Shown: positions 1 to 19,066, counted from the stretch's first letter. The stretch is 64,000 bases of DNA from the human T2T-CHM13v2.0 reference genome, Homo sapiens (GCF_009914755.1 NC_060939.1); one strand, 5' to 3'. Translations and numbers: made by a program. Notes: generated from the sequence alone by a model not told the origin.

Positions 1-201
1 TGTGCAAATGTGTTTGTGTACACACACAAAATATGACTGATTTAGGATTTTGACGACATAATATTTCTAATTGCTCTTAGTTGAAAATGTTCAACTTTAT
101 GACAGTGTAACCTTCTCCGTTCTAATGTTAATTCTTAACAATTAAAGTGCATGTGTTAATATTAAAGCATATATATAGATTTCCCCACAAATTTTACATA
201 C

Positions 202-342
202 CCGATTATTTCCACCAAGACTATTATATATTAATCGAAAACGTTTCCTAGTATAGGTGCATCTGTAGGTTCCTCCCATGAGATATTCAATAACAAGTCC
301 TATATCAATCAGAGTGATCTTATATCCTGGAGGAAGATTTCC
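202..342 (-). CDS. TRPM7: TRPM7 exon 14 (141 nt): [47 protein letters not shown]
   Basis: tttgtttctag|GGA acceptor, CGG|gtatgt donor; phase 0-0. Confidence 0.97.
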
Positions 343-524
343 CTAGAAACAAAACATTTGTTTTAAATAGATCAGATAGCACTTCTCAATATTGCCATGC
401 CCTGCCTAGGAACAGGCCTACTCTCCAAAATGACAAATGTTTACTTCTTATAAGAAGCAAGGGCCAGGTGCAGTGGCTCACGCCTGTAATCCCAACATTT
501 TGGGAGGCCAAGGCGGGTGCATCA

Positions 525-797
<273 letters not shown>

Positions 798-2746
798 CTA
801 TCTTTACAGAAGGAAATGCTTGTTTCTCTATTTCCTCTGTAAAAATATGGGATTCTAAAGTTCTGAGGTCTCAAAGGTGTGCCCTGAGACAGGAGTATGA
901 CCTAAAGCAGGAAGATAACAATTTCATCTCTTCATTGCCCCAACACTTTACACATGAGACAAAGCAGGCTGGGCGCTGTGGCTCAGGCCTGTAATCCCAG
1001 CACTTTGGGAAGCCGAGGCAGGCAGATCACCTGAGGTTGGGAGTTCGAGACCAGCCTGGCCAACATGGAGAAACCCCGTCTCTACTAAAAAAATATAAAA
1101 TTAGATGGGCATGGTGGCAGGCACCTGTAATCCCAGCTACTTGGGAGGCTGAGGTAGGAAAATGGCGGGAGGCAGAGGTTGCAGTGAGCCGAGATAGTGC
1201 CACCGCATTCCAGCCTGAGCGACAAGAGCGAGACTTTGTCTCAAAAAAAAAAAAAAAAAAAAAAAAAAAGAGACAGTGGAAATGCTAATCAGCCAAATAT
1301 TCCATTTTCATTGTGATACATACAAAAAATTGCATTTTTCTGGAAAAATAATGCTGTATTATGTTTCCAGACTGGCCCAGAAATACATGTTAAGTATTTT
1401 TTTAACCAAAATTATACTGGTAATATTATAGGTTTTTATAGTGTTGTCCAGGAATTAACTACCGCTTGCAACATTGTTTAAAGATAAGACTTCATTTTCC
1501 CATGGCAATTTACAAATGCACTTTTGGAACATACACCATTTGTGAGTTTGGAAAGATTGCCTGTTTTAAAATTTAAAAACTGGTTAATTTTATTAAATAA
1601 TCTTAAAGGGATTTAATCATCAGATAATTTGTATTTTTTAACTAATTCTGCCCTCCTACCATCACCATTTTTTTATTTCCCTGATTATGTCATGAACTTG
1701 TTTTTTTTAATGTCTGTATTTTTACTATCTTGGTTTCACTGGGCACGGTGGCTCACCTGAGGTCAGGAGTTTGAGACTATCCTAGCCAACATGGAGAATC
1801 CCCATCTCTACTAAAAATACAAAAATTAGCTGGGTGTGGTGGAGGGCACCTGTAATCCCAGCTACTCAGAAGGCTGAGGCAGAAGAATCGCTTGAACCCA
1901 GGATGCGGAAGTTGCAGTGAGCCAAGTTCACACCATTGCACTCTAGCATGGGCAACAAAGGCGAAACTCCGTCTCAAAAAAATATATATATATTGGTTTC
2001 ATCTGTGAAATTTCTAATTTCTAGATAACTATATCCTTTAAATCTCTAATTTGAAAATAAATCAAAATACCTATTTCCATCTTGAATACAAGATTTTTGG
2101 TTTTAACTCAAGCAATCTCAAAATATGCAGAATGATTGAGAATGTCACCTATGATATTCTTCAATATTATTTATTAAAAACCACAAATGCCATTATATGA
2201 ACCCACTTGAAGAAGAAATTTTTAAATTAGGTAAAATAATGTGAATTATCTAACAAATGTCATGACGATCAAGTTCTCAAACTACACTAAGTCATAAAAC
2301 TCAAGTTACCAATTTGAATAAAAATATTCAATTACTACCTGTATTTAAAGATTTATCACTTATAGAAATAAAAAAAATAGGGCTTATTATTATAGCCACC
2401 GATGTAACAACAATGTATACAAATTCTCACATTTGTTTCCAAAATTTTAACTACCATAATTCTTTCTTAGAAACATGGTCTTAACGTCTCCCCCATTACT
2501 TAAGATTTCTAGGGGAAGGAGGGGGAATTTTAATTATTTAAAAAGACCAAATCAAATTGATGTGAAATGACCAGAATAAGCAAATCATTAGATTAATAGT
2601 TACCATAGGTCGGGGACAGAAGTGGGGAGTACAGAAGGAGAAGAAATGAGAAGTGACTGCTAAAGGGTACAGGGTAACTTTTCGAAGTATTATAAATGCT
2701 CTAAAGTTAGACTGTGGCAATGGTTGTACAACTCTGAATATAGTAA

Positions 2747-2977
<231 letters not shown>

Positions 2978-3206
2978 TGAACTATTGACCTCAAGCCACT
3001 GGGTCTGGCCAATATACACTTTAAATGAATGAATTTTGTAATTTGTGAAATGTATTTCAATAAAGCTATAAAGAAAAGCACATGCAGGCTGGGCGTAATG
3101 GCTCATGCCTGTAATCCCAGCAATTTGGGAGGCGAGGTGGGTGGATCACCTGAGGTCAGGGGTTTGAGGCCAGCCTGGCCAACATGATGAAACCCCATCT
3201 CTACCA

Positions 3207-3212
3207 AAAAAA

Positions 3213-3255
<43 letters not shown>

Positions 3256-3260
3256 AATAA
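3207..3260 (+). repeat. (TAAA)n microsatellite in an Alu linker
   Basis: About 11 units, seen directly. Confidence 0.95.
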
Positions 3261-3466
3261 ATTAGCCAGGCATGGTGGTGTGCGCCTGTAGTCCCAGCTA
3301 CTCGGGAGGCTGATAGGAGAATTGCTTGAACCTGAGAGGCAGTGGGTGCAGTTAGCCAAAATCGCGCCAACTGCACTACAACCTGGGCAACAGACCAAGA
3401 CTCCATCTCAAAAAAAAAAAAAACAAATCAGTCAGGCTTGGTGGCAGGCACCTGCAATCCCAGCTA

Positions 3467-3571
<105 letters not shown>

Positions 3572-4456
3572 TCATTTCAAAAAAAAAAATTTTAAGTATA
3601 AAATGTCTCGGTTCTTCCTATAGGATAGTAGTTTAGTATTAAATCAGTTACAAAATAAAGAAAATGAAAACAGAAAATCACATTTTTAAAAAACATCCTC
3701 AAGGCTGTTAAAATGACATTTCTAACGTCATTCTTTTTTCTTAAGAAGGGTCTTGATGTGTACCCAGACTGGAGTACAGTGGCTCGATGACAGCTCACTG
3801 CAGCCTCAACTCCTGGGCTCAAGTGATCCTCCCTCAGTGCCCCCCACACCCCCACCAATCATTTGGACTACAGGCACGTGACAACATGCCGGGCTAATTT
3901 TTAAATTTTTTTGTAGAGAAAAGGTCTCGCTTTGTTTGCCCAGGCTGGTCTCAAACCCCTTCTCTCTGGCGATCCACTCACCTCAGACTACCAAAGTGCT
4001 GGTATTACGGGTATGAGCCACCAGCCCTGGCCTTCTATGTTTTTAATAATGCACTCATACTTAGCAGCAAGTAAAAGCTGAAATAAATAAATAATTCTAA
4101 ACAAAATTTAAGTTTAGAAACTTAGAAGATATTTTAACCAAATAAATATAAATACTATTTTATCAAGGAAAACAAAACTGTATTGAATACCAATAATATA
4201 AATGGCTATAAAAGTGGTGATAAACGTTTAAAACTTTTAGTTCACAAACAATCCTGATAGAAGAGGAATAACAGTACATCAATTTAGTGGCCACAGAATA
4301 GCCTGAGATCATGACAGTGTTATGCGTTCATCACCACCAATACTAGATGTTTTTTACTTTTAAAAAAGTTAAAAATGCTCACGCCTGTAATCCCAGCACT
4401 TTGGGAGGCCAAGGAGGGCAGATCACGAGGTCAGGAGATCGAGACCATCCTGGCTA

Positions 4457-5043
<587 letters not shown>

Positions 5044-5193
5044 ATACTAGATTTTTTTTTAAAGGGGAGAGAGTTTTCAGCATTTTTACTGGCAAAGTCT
5101 GCCATTAAGATCATGACCCAGTCCTCAATTTCCTTATTCAACATCCTTTACATTGGGACAATTTTCTGAGGAATAAATTTCTGCTGAAGATAG

Positions 5194-5514
<321 letters not shown>

Positions 5515-5818
5515 TGAACTCCTGGGCTCAAGCAATCTGCCAGCCTCAACCTGCCGAAATGCTGGGATTACAGGTTTGAGCCACCCATGCCCAGCCTTGG
5601 TCTTAATTCCATAAACTCTCTTTTTTTCTTGTTTTCTGATACATTATGCTCTTTACTCCTCTCTTACCACAAATTCAGCCCATATTTTATCTTGTTCTGT
5701 AAACTGTAATTTTATTGGTATTTCTAAAATGTATTTAAATGATTTTTTTTTTAAAAAACATGAAATATAAATGATTTTTTAAAATAACATTTTTCAAAAG
5801 CAAAAAATAATCTCTTAC

Positions 5819-5872
5819 CTGTTTGACGTCTCGAACAAGATGAAACAGCATTGGATTAGTTGGACCTTGTTT
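5819..5872 (-). CDS. TRPM7: TRPM7 exon 13 (54 nt): KQGPTNPMLFHLVRDVKQ
   Basis: tttttctccctaaag|AAA acceptor, CAG|gtaaga donor; phase 0-0. Confidence 0.95.
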
Positions 5873-6265
5873 CTTTAGGGAGAAAAAGTTACAGCAAACT
5901 ATTATTTTTCTTCTAAACTAATTTAAACCTTACAGGATTTTTATGAACCTTCTTATACAAATTACATTGTTTTGGAGTTATTTCCTTAAGTTCTATTCAT
6001 AAAGTAGAACAACAAAGAATTTTCACATTTACTGCCAAAAAACAAATAATCTTAAGAGTATCACTAAAATGATACATAAGTTTTTGTTTCACAAAAGTCA
6101 TCACTGCAACTTTACAATTGTATCTTAAATTTAAATTTACATTTCTTTCATTGATAATGGCGCTGTACAATACCTTTCTTCTTGTTAAAATGTCTGTTCC
6201 TCTGTTTCTGTCACTAATAAAGTCATATTGAGACTTTAAATATTTTGGGTAACAAGACTTTAACA

Positions 6266-6498
6266 CAAGCTTGTTCAACCTGTAACCCACGGGCTGCATG
6301 CAGCCCAAGATGGCTTTGAATATGGCCCAAGACAAATTTGTAAACTTTCTTAAAACATAGAGTTTTTTTTTCAATTTTTTTCAATTTTTTTTTTTTTAAG
6401 CTCATCAGCTATCGTTAGTGTTAGTGTATTTTATGTGTGGCCCAAGACAATTTTTCTTCCAATGTGGCCCAGGAAAGCCAAAAGATTGGACATCCCTG
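6266..6498 (-). mobile_element. MER30 hAT DNA transposon
   Basis: CAAGCTTGTTCAACC...GATTGGACATCCCTG; TSD CTTTAACA/ATTTAACA. Confidence 0.85.
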
Positions 6499-6721
6499 AT
6501 TTAACATTTATATATGCCATAATTTTGCCATTATCTTACTTCTCTTTATATATACTGTTAGAGTGGGCCACCTACCATTATTTCTTTGGAGAAAAAGTTA
6601 TTTTCTTTGATATTCTTGGCTTTCAAATTCTATATAATATTTAAGATGACTACAATTGATATTGCATATGAATCATATTTTACTTTACTTTGCTCTGCCT
6701 TCTTTTTACAATATTTATTTA

Positions 6722-7256
<535 letters not shown>

Positions 7257-7525
7257 CCTATTTATTTAGTCGATCAACTCAGGGGCTAAGTTCTCTCTGC
7301 CAATTCTCCCCCACAGGTGAACTTTTTAAAATAAAAGTTTCTTCTAAGTTAATAAGACGTATCTCATATTTTGGGGGTATTGGGGAATTTCATTGCATTT
7401 TTCTCTAACGGTATGTAATCACATGGAAAGGCACTTAAAATTTCTTAAATTCTATTTTATCCTACTCTATTAAATGTTTATCCATTAAAAATAAATTGTT
7501 AATAAATAATAAATGTACTTTAACA

Positions 7526-8384
<859 letters not shown>

Positions 8385-8758
8385 CTTTATCATGTTGCAA
8401 GCCCTTAAATGTTTTAAAACTTCATCAATAATTGATGCTGAAAGTAACTACAGTATTATCTTAACACCTTTGAGTCATACAATTTAAAAAATTACTTGTC
8501 TTGCTAATGGGATCAATTTTTATTTTTATTATTTTACATTGCTTTATAGTTCAGGTATAAACCTTACTACAGCACAATGAATAATCCTTTTAATTTTTAC
8601 ATCTGTCCACTAGGGACAGTAAAATGCCAACAAAGTTCAACGCAAATGTGCTACACATACTAAAAGAAAATAATGGAAGCTGGGCCCAGTGGCTCACGCC
8701 TGTAATCCCAGAACTTTGGGAGGCTGAGGCAGGCGGATCATCTGAAGTCGGGAGTTCA

Positions 8759-9046
<288 letters not shown>

Positions 9047-9268
9047 TTAACTATGCCACCAAGCTTCATGGAACCAGTGGCATGGCATTTAAGCTAAGTC
9101 CTAAGCAATTAATAAAATTTCAATAAATGGGTTATTAGTTGGAAGCAAAACAGACCAGCACTGTGAAAATAGCAAATGCTTTTTTTTAAAAAAGTTTGCA
9201 TTTTTGGCCGGGTGCAGTGGCTCACGCCTGTAATCCCAGTGCTTTGGGAGGCTGAGGCGGGCAGATCA

Positions 9269-9517
<249 letters not shown>

Positions 9518-10227
9518 TTAGTAAATAGTAGGTAGACATTTACCATCTTATTGCTGCCCCGCCCCCTCCCCGCCCCGCCCTGGATTTGGGGGGCAATAAA
9601 AAGGCCAAGTGAGAAAAGTAGATGGGGCAATATATGAAGATCTTTGAAAATCAAGTTAAGGATTTGGGTAGTAAACTCATATTCATAACACAGAAAACCA
9701 CTAAGAAGGGTAGTATATCTTCAATGCTAATACAATAAAAATTTGGAATAAAATGTGAAAGTCTTTGTTACGAGAATAGTAAGTTTTCAGGAGTCCTTTA
9801 CAAAAAAAATGAAAACAGTATGTAAGCTAAAAGGGGTATACCATGAGGTCAAACAATGAATGTAAAAAAAGAAAAAAAAAAAGAGAAAAAAGCAATGCAT
9901 AATTCCTCCATTAGACAACGGAGTCAAAAGAAACATAATCACCCTATAATTAAGAAGTTGATCCTCTAGTTTTGATAAGGGGAGGGAAAGGGAAATACAC
10001 AGGAAAGAGAGGTAGGCTTAATAGCCCTATGTGGTTATGGTGACAGGGAATGGGTTCTAAAAACAAGGAAAGGGTTTCAGACTGTAATACAACCAATCCA
10101 TACTAAGACTGGCTATAATTTTTTCATATAACTAAGGAAGACATTAAGGGTTTTATCAATAGGAATGGCTATATTCAGGTAAAGTAACATTTCCCAAAAG
10201 ATAAAATGTAGTCAATAAAGAATTTTA

Positions 10228-10374
<147 letters not shown>

Positions 10375-13209
10375 CTAGGAGTATCAAATTTAATAAATAC
10401 ATATTTCACATATTCTAATTATACAAACACTTTTAAATGTTAAGTCCTTAGGATTTACATTTAATTTGTTCCCAACAGTTTTAGAACAAAATTAGAAAGA
10501 TGCAACACAGTAAAAAGCTAATAAGACTTTAGGTGTTTAGGGAATAGATTAAAAGACCTCTCTAGAACAACGTTTCTTAAAGAATATTCCACAAACACTA
10601 CTTCTGTAGGAGAATAAGTGTTACATGGGGGAAAAAACAGAATCCATCATCAATTAAATCTTGGGAAAGAATACCTTAAAGCAATGCTCTCAGTGTTTAG
10701 GGAAGGTTTTGTGGGAAGGATTATTTCAATAATTGAGTGCTGTTACTAACATTTAATGGGTAGGGTCAAGGGACATCAGAAATCATGCAATATGCTGGAG
10801 AATTCTACTCAGAAAGAAACTATCCCGCATCCCACACAACTTTTTATTATCCTGTTAGATGTTTATGACTGAAAAACCAGTAATTCTGCCTTACAAATGA
10901 ACACAAAGTATTTCATCATAGTTTTTGTTCTACAGTGAATTTTCCAAAAATACAACCATCAGATAAGTCAGGCAAGATTGTACTTAGTCTTCAGAACTTT
11001 AAAAGAAATCATTCATCATTATGGAAAAGAAATCACTTGACAGCAATACAACTTATGTCCTTTGTGCTTAATATAACACATCTGTATCATTCAGCATTTG
11101 TAGCTGTCCTTTATATATTAAAGCCTATTTTATAAACTTCAACAGACTTGAAATCAAATATTGGTAAATTAGTAGGGACATGAAATATAGGTATTTCACT
11201 GAGTTTTATTAATAAAGGTTGTTTTAATATAGTCTGTATATTTTTTAATATTTTGTATATTTCTGTGTATTTTAAGTATTTTAGTACCACATTATTAAAA
11301 ACATCTCTGTGGCAAAAATCAATACAAAACCACTGGTTTTTTTACCCATTATTTTTCAATCTTATTCTATCTTCAGAGGTTTAACACACAACTACACAAC
11401 TTCTCTAGAGCAACTTGTATTACCATTTCTTTCTCCAATCTATCTTCGATTTACATCACCTAGCAAGGATATAGTCTTCATGATATTTTAAGTATATACT
11501 TTCTGTTTTTTTGAGACGGGGTCTCATTCTGTCACCCAGTGGCACAATCATAGCTCACTGCAGCCTCAAACTCAGGGGTTCAAGGGATGTTCCCACCTCA
11601 GCCTCCCACGTAGCTAAGAACTACAGGTGTGTACCCCTGACCCCTGTACCTGCCTTTTTTCTTTTTCTTTATTTTTAAAATAGGGACAGGTCTCAAACTC
11701 CTGGCCTCAAGTGATCTTCCTAACTCAGCCTCCCACAGTACTGGAATTAGAGGCATGAGCCACCACACCCAGTCCTATTTTAAGTATATACTGATGAAAT
11801 GTATGCCTTTTACATGATGGAATTTAAAGATGAAAGGTATGTTTTCTGTGACATTTTTCAATACTCAGTTCTGTCACAACAAGGAAAATATTTTTCACTT
11901 GCTTAAAAATAAGGCCTGATCTCCAAGAAAATAATACTTATTAGTTTTCTCTACATTATTAGGCTGTAGTTTATCATGGCATCGTACTATTTTACTTAAG
12001 ATTATTTCCTTCTTTCTCTTATCACATACAAATAATCCTAATGTTATTACTTACTCTAACAGTAATATTCTAACATTATTCTAGTGCCCACTTGGTCTTT
12101 CTTTGTCCTACACTTGCAAAGGGTGTTTATCTGTTCCCCAGGATATTTAAGTTACCAACAACATACTTGTATTAGTATGTATAACTGCAGCATTTACACT
12201 GATTCTTATTATAACTGCAGGCATCTGACTTATTATGTGTTTTATATTGCCACTCTTGAACATTTATATACTGAAATATTTATTTTTTATTATAAATCAT
12301 TTTTTCTGTCTTATTACAATTAGGGCATTATACATATATTCTTAATTTATGTAATTACTTATGAAATTTCACTTTAGTAGAATAAAAGGGGATATAACAA
12401 AATATTGTTTTTAAAACAAGAACATTCTGTGTTTATAACCACTGCCCTAGAACAAAATCTTAATTTTCATATCTGAGGGGGAAAAAGGGACCATTTTAAA
12501 AAAAAGTGTCTGTTTTGTAAGGAGCATTTCCTCACACTCAATGCATATTGAACTCCTGGCAAGCAAGAAGAAAGAAGAAAAACAACTGTCCTGCAAATTC
12601 TAAGTTTAGCAAGAAGCACAAAATCAAATAGGTAACACTATGCAGAAGAAATTCATCAGACAAACCACATATACACAGAAGATAAATGCTTCATCCAAGC
12701 CTTTACATCTGAGAACAAAATCCAGTTAAATTATTCAAGGGAAAAATAAGGTTGGTTATAGTCATCACCACAGATGATTAACATTAATTTTTTTCCTCTG
12801 TAGTCCTGCAAGAGGAGAAGTGACTAAATAAACTCTTTTTTATTGCTATATAGGAAATACATTCCCATGGTTAAAAAAAAAAAAATCAAACACTACAAAA
12901 TGGTATAAAATAAAACTTTCCTTCAGCCCCCATCTCTCCAAGATGAATCCCATGTTAACAGTTTTAGAAAGGTACTATTAACTACACAGTACATGTAGAT
13001 ATGCATGAATGTTTGTACATTCATAAGGAGAATTTGCCACAATTAAGATCATACTGTGCATACTTTTCTGCAATTTGCTGTTTATATTTACTATGTGGAC
13101 AAAAAGGATCTAGTTTGTCCTCCGTAAAGGCTGGTAATACTTCAAGGTACAGATGAACAGTTAATCTGCCCAGCCTCTTATTAATTCGGACATGTAACAA
13201 AACTTTAAG

Positions 13210-13925
13210 TGATTACTACCTACCAAGCTGTCAATACAGTAGTAAACAAAACTGAAAAATATTCTTGCCCTCAGAAAGTTTACTTTCTAGGAGAAAGACA
13301 AACAATAAATAATAGCTACATTATATGGTTTGTCAGATGGTGACAAAAGTTAGAAAAAAATAGCAGGGAAGAATGCTGGTTTAGGGGGATGCTATTAAAA
13401 TAGGGTAGACAGAGGAAGTCCAAAGAGGAGACATTTGGTTAGAGGCCAGAAAGATAGGAGGAATTAAGCCCACGTGGGTATGTAGGGAAAAATGTTAAGA
13501 TAGAGAGACAGGCAAGTACAAAGCCTAGAGATAGGAGCATGCTTGATATGTTCAAAGAAGAGCAAGAACGTCAACAAGGTTAGATAAAAAAGAGCAAAGA
13601 GGATAGTAGTAGCATGTAAGGCTCTGGGTTATGCTCTGAATAAATGGAATGTGATTCATCTCCTGTCCATAAAAGGAGAGCAAGTATGAGAGTAGTGAAA
13701 CCAAAAAGTATGCTACCGAAATAACACAAAAGAAGGATGACAGACTAGACCAGGATGATAAAATTAGGTATTTTGAAACTAGATCTGACAAGATTTACAG
13801 ATGGAATTGGATTGGAATACATGAGAAAGAGAAAAGTAAAGGATAACACTAAAGAGTCTCATCTTAGAAACTAGGAAGAAGTTGTTCCCATTTAGTAGGA
13901 TGAGGAAGACTAAAAAAGGAATAGG
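13210..13925 (-). mobile_element. L2 fragment
   Basis: Purine-rich reverse L2 text (GGAGCATGCTTGATATGTTCAAAGAAGAGCAAG...). Confidence 0.55.
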
Positions 13926-14222
13926 TCTAAACATCAGGGGGAATGCTAGAATGGACTCTCTGGTATACAGAGCATGAGTTTTAAAGCTTCTTTCAGTTCT
14001 AAGATTCTTAGAGATCTATATACTCTACAAAAAAATAAGGTTTTATCTAGAGGCATACATTAAATCCTAAACTGGATCGGAATGGTGTAGAAATACTTAG
14101 CTAAACTATTTTTGAACTATTGGCAGAAAGGTAAAATGTCAAGTCAGGTCACAGTTCCCGCAAATACTTTTTTATTACTTAGTGTAATTTAATTGTATTG
14201 TGTATGTAGATTATTTACATAC

Positions 14223-14323
14223 CAGCCACTGCTGTCCATAAACAAATACATGATTTTTGGCAATGTCAACTCTATCCCATGCCAATGTAAGGATAAGCTG
14301 GTCAAATGCAGATGCATTAGTAC
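14223..14323 (-). CDS. TRPM7: TRPM7 exon 11 (101 nt): [33 protein letters not shown]
   Basis: ttcgattag|GT acceptor, CTG|gtatgt donor; conserved LAWDRVDIA motif. Confidence 0.97.
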
Positions 14324-15194
14324 CTAATCGAATAAAGAAAATAGTTGACAGGTTCAATTAATTTATCTCCATTAAAAGGTGAACACTTTTTTTTTTTTTA
14401 AGAGATGGGGTCTTGGTCTGTTGCTCAGGCTAAAGTGCAAAGGTGATCATGGCTCACTGCAGCCTTGAATTCCTGGGTTCAAGTGTACCTCCCGCCTTAG
14501 CCTCCAAGTAGCCGAGACTACAGATGAGCACCACCACACCCAGCTAATTTTTTAACTTTTTTGTAGAGACAGTCTCACTCTGCTGACCAGGCTGGTCTCA
14601 AACTCCCGGCCTCAAGTGATCCTGCCACTTCGGCCTCCCAGTGTGCTAGGATTACAAGTGTGAGCCACAGTGCCCAGCACGAACACTTATGACATCTCCC
14701 CACCATTCTTTAGTTAACTTACACAGCTGGTGTCAGCCACCATTCAGAAGTAGCCTGCCTCAGAGATAAGATTAGCCCCAGGGTTAAGAACTTTACCTTT
14801 CCAGCTATAAACGACATATTCCCATTCATTGCAAACATTTAGAAATGCAGAAAAATGAGAAGAAAACAAAGATGAACTGTTTCTATCACAGAGATAGCGC
14901 TATTAGGATTCTGAAAATAGCCTGCCAGGCACCTTTCTGTGCACATACAAGCTCATGCATATACTTTCCATTTTTTATTCAAAAATGGGTTCATACTACA
15001 AAAGTGTTCAGTAGCTTGCTTTATGTACCTTGATATCGTACCTTGGTTCTTCTTAAAATTATACATAAATCTCCCTTATATATACTTAGGTAAACCACAA
15101 TTTATTTAACAAATACTTCAAATGGTAGATATTCAGGTTATTTTGAATTTTTTGCTGAGTATGTTTTCATGCACATGCTTGATTATTCAAATAG

Positions 15195-15620
<426 letters not shown>

Positions 15621-15911
15621 TAACATTGGCCATCCTTCCATATTTTCTCTAAGCATTTGGATTCCTCTACTAATTATCTATTACATAAGTTCTGACCCAT
15701 TTTTCTAAGAGGTAGTCATCTTTTTCTTATTAATTTTTAACAGCTCTTTTTGATCCCTCTACTTTAACATTTCTATTCCTTAGTTTCCTCATCTATAAAA
15801 TGAGTAAAGCCATAGGAAATCTGACTTGTAGGAATAAAATGAGATAAATAATGTAAACCACTTGAACACAGTGGTTAATACACAGAAAAGTACATGGTAA
15901 ATAATTCATGA

Positions 15912-16148
<237 letters not shown>

Positions 16149-17490
16149 TGATCTTGAACTCCTGACCTCAAGTGATCCACCCGCCTTAGCCTCCCAAATT
16201 GCTGGGATTACAGGTGTGAGCCAGCGCACGCAGCCTTACTTTTTATTTTTATGCACTCCCATTTATTAATTTTTTTTCCTTTTTGGTTTCTAGGTTTCCT
16301 ATCACTTGTGATCTCTTGATACCATGATTCCAGATGATATAAATATATTTTATCACAGTATTTTAAAAATGCTTGATGTATTGGCAATTTATTATGGTCT
16401 AATATGCAAGAAAATTCTTGTAAATAAAAGGACAGTATCCTCTTAATGTGCTGGGCTCCTGGCACATCACTCTACACTAACTTTCAGGTAGACAGATGGG
16501 ATACCGTCATAGTTTCTAATTTCTGAGAAGATTTTTCGCTATAATGTTGTTATATCTGTTGGATGTCTTTGGGGAGACAATAAGAGGATCAGTGTGTGTG
16601 TGCTTCAATCCCTTAGTCCTAAAAGATACCACTAGTTTTCAAATTTTCCCTTCATAATGAAGATGACATGTTTTAAAATCCTATCTTTATATTCTATCAA
16701 CTAATGCCTTATAACCTTTAAACACTTATTTTTCAGCTGATTAAGAAAGTGACACATTTTTATTTGGAGACAGGGTCTTGCTGTCACCCAGGCTGGAGTG
16801 TAGCAGTGTGATAATGGCTCACTGTAACCTCAAACCCTGGGCTCAAGCAATCCTCCCGCCTCAGCCTCCTGAACAGCTGGGACTACAGAGTGCACACCAC
16901 CATGCCCAGCTAATTTTTCTTTGTTGTGAGATAGGGTCTTGCTCTGTTGCCCAAACTGGAATACAGCGGCATGATCACAGCTCACTGCAGCCTCAACTTT
17001 CCAGGATCAGGTGATTCCACCTCAGCCTCCCAAGTAGCTGGGACTACAGGTAAATGCCACCATGCCCAGGTAATTTTTAAACTTTTTGTAGAGATGGGTC
17101 TATCTTGTCCAGGCTGGTCTTGAACTCCTGGCCTCAAGTGATCCTCCTGCTTTGGCTCCCAAAGTGTTGGGATTACAGGTGTGAGCCACCATGCCTGGCC
17201 CAGGATGTTAGACGTTCTTAATAGGACTATTAAATAGGTTTGGTGGCATAAACCTTGCTAAAAACTTTTATTTTTTAAATTCTACAAGATTAAATTAAAA
17301 GTTACCTTGCCGCCAAGGAAACCAACATTGTGTCTTTCACAAAGAAAAATGACTGAAAATTCACTTTGCAAGCATTTAGCCATGGTAAAAGGTTTTATAT
17401 TTTATATACATACACATATACACACATACACACACATATACATACATAAAATAAAAGGTCTTACAAATAAAAAAGTTCTTAGAGGCTTAC

Positions 17491-17563
17491 CTTTTAGCAG
17501 TGCAGTAAGTATTGCTACATCTATATCTTGATGTTCATCTGACCCAATATGGAAAACAGTGAT
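17491..17563 (-). CDS. TRPM7: TRPM7 exon 10 (73 nt): ITVFHIGSDEHQDIDVAILTALLK(G)
   Basis: tttaaatag|ATC acceptor, AAAG|gtaagc donor. Confidence 0.96.
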
Positions 17564-18069
17564 CTATTTAAAGATAAATTTATAACATTATGCCTTTATA
17601 TTTTTAAAACAAAGGCATCATAAAACTCAGTAATTTCAAACTATATGGGGGGCAAAATATATATGTATGTATCTAGGAATCTATGTATTATGTATATATA
17701 AACATACATACACATAATATATTTATGTATATAGTTAGTAACTTTATTTCAACCAAAAAACCAAAAAATTTTAAAAACTTTATCATTTACTAAATAAAAT
17801 GGCAAATATACTAAAAATATTTGGTTTCATATTACATTCATATTTTGACCTATCTTATGTCCCTTACTAGAGTAAGAAATTTAGGGGCTGAGGCTATAGA
17901 TTCCTTATCAGGGTAAATAAATCCTACAGGTCCTTCCACAGAATGAACATTTACATGTTCACATAATGTATATATTCTTGAAAGATAAATGTTTGTTTTG
18001 GTCAATATTTTTATTGCAAATATCTTTAAATCACTTGAAACATAGCACCATTTCAGAAATTGTAATTTA

Positions 18070-18213
<144 letters not shown>

Positions 18214-18230
18214 TCAAAATACAAAAATTA

Positions 18231-18440
<210 letters not shown>

Positions 18441-18942
18441 TCATAGTTTACAAAAACTTGCAATGAAAAAGACAGCAAATCAAATCATGTTATGTATTTA
18501 TAGGCTTGCTAAAAATTTTATCTCTGAAAACTTATGCCCACATTTACATGATTGAAACAAAGCAGCACTGATCTTTAATTTAATAGGCTTAAGCACATTA
18601 AAAATTTTTTTCCAAACATTTTATTAGAGAAACCATTAACAACTCTTTATAGTTCTTCCTTGGTACTGAACATTATCTGTTGAGACCTAGTTACTTTTCC
18701 TAAAACTTTTCCTAAAACAGAAGCACAAATACAGTCTCAATACCATATAAAAAACTACAGGCCTCCTTCTATGATACCTCTCAACTTGAACAGACCAATA
18801 AATGACATATTTTTATGGTTAATAAAGATTTCAAAGTTTAAAATCCAAATAAAAACAAAAGTATTTCACCAGTTTAGAATGTGTTTTGAATGAAAGAAAA
18901 ATGGCCTATCAGCTTTTTAAATTTCTGCTGAAATCTACTTAC

Positions 18943-19066
18943 AAGCTCCTTTCTTTTCATGCACTCCATCAGTGTTTGAAATAAATGAAGTGCTTCATTC
19001 TGGCCAAAGTTAAATGTTTTTTTGATAGTGGAAATAATATCGGGCTCTGCTGCATCAGGAAGATTC
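18943..19066 (-). CDS. TRPM7: TRPM7 exon 9 (124 nt): NLPDAAEPDIISTIKKTFNFGQNEALHLFQTLMECMKRKEL
   Basis: ttttattccag|GAAT acceptor, CTT|gtaagt donor; lies inside ORF 18874..19101. Confidence 0.97.

Noticed and set aside
5997-6644. ORFs 5997..6374, 6223..6405 and 6435..6644
   Set aside because: They overlap the non-autonomous MER30 element; chance frames
10690-12450. Alu-poor stretch possibly holding an old hAT/Charlie element
   Set aside because: CAGTG...CACTG-type ends are suggestive, but I cannot assign family or boundaries reliably
17300-17360. Possible cryptic exon downstream of exon 10 (AAG|GTAACT)
   Set aside because: Weak donor and poor polypyrimidine tract; not supportable
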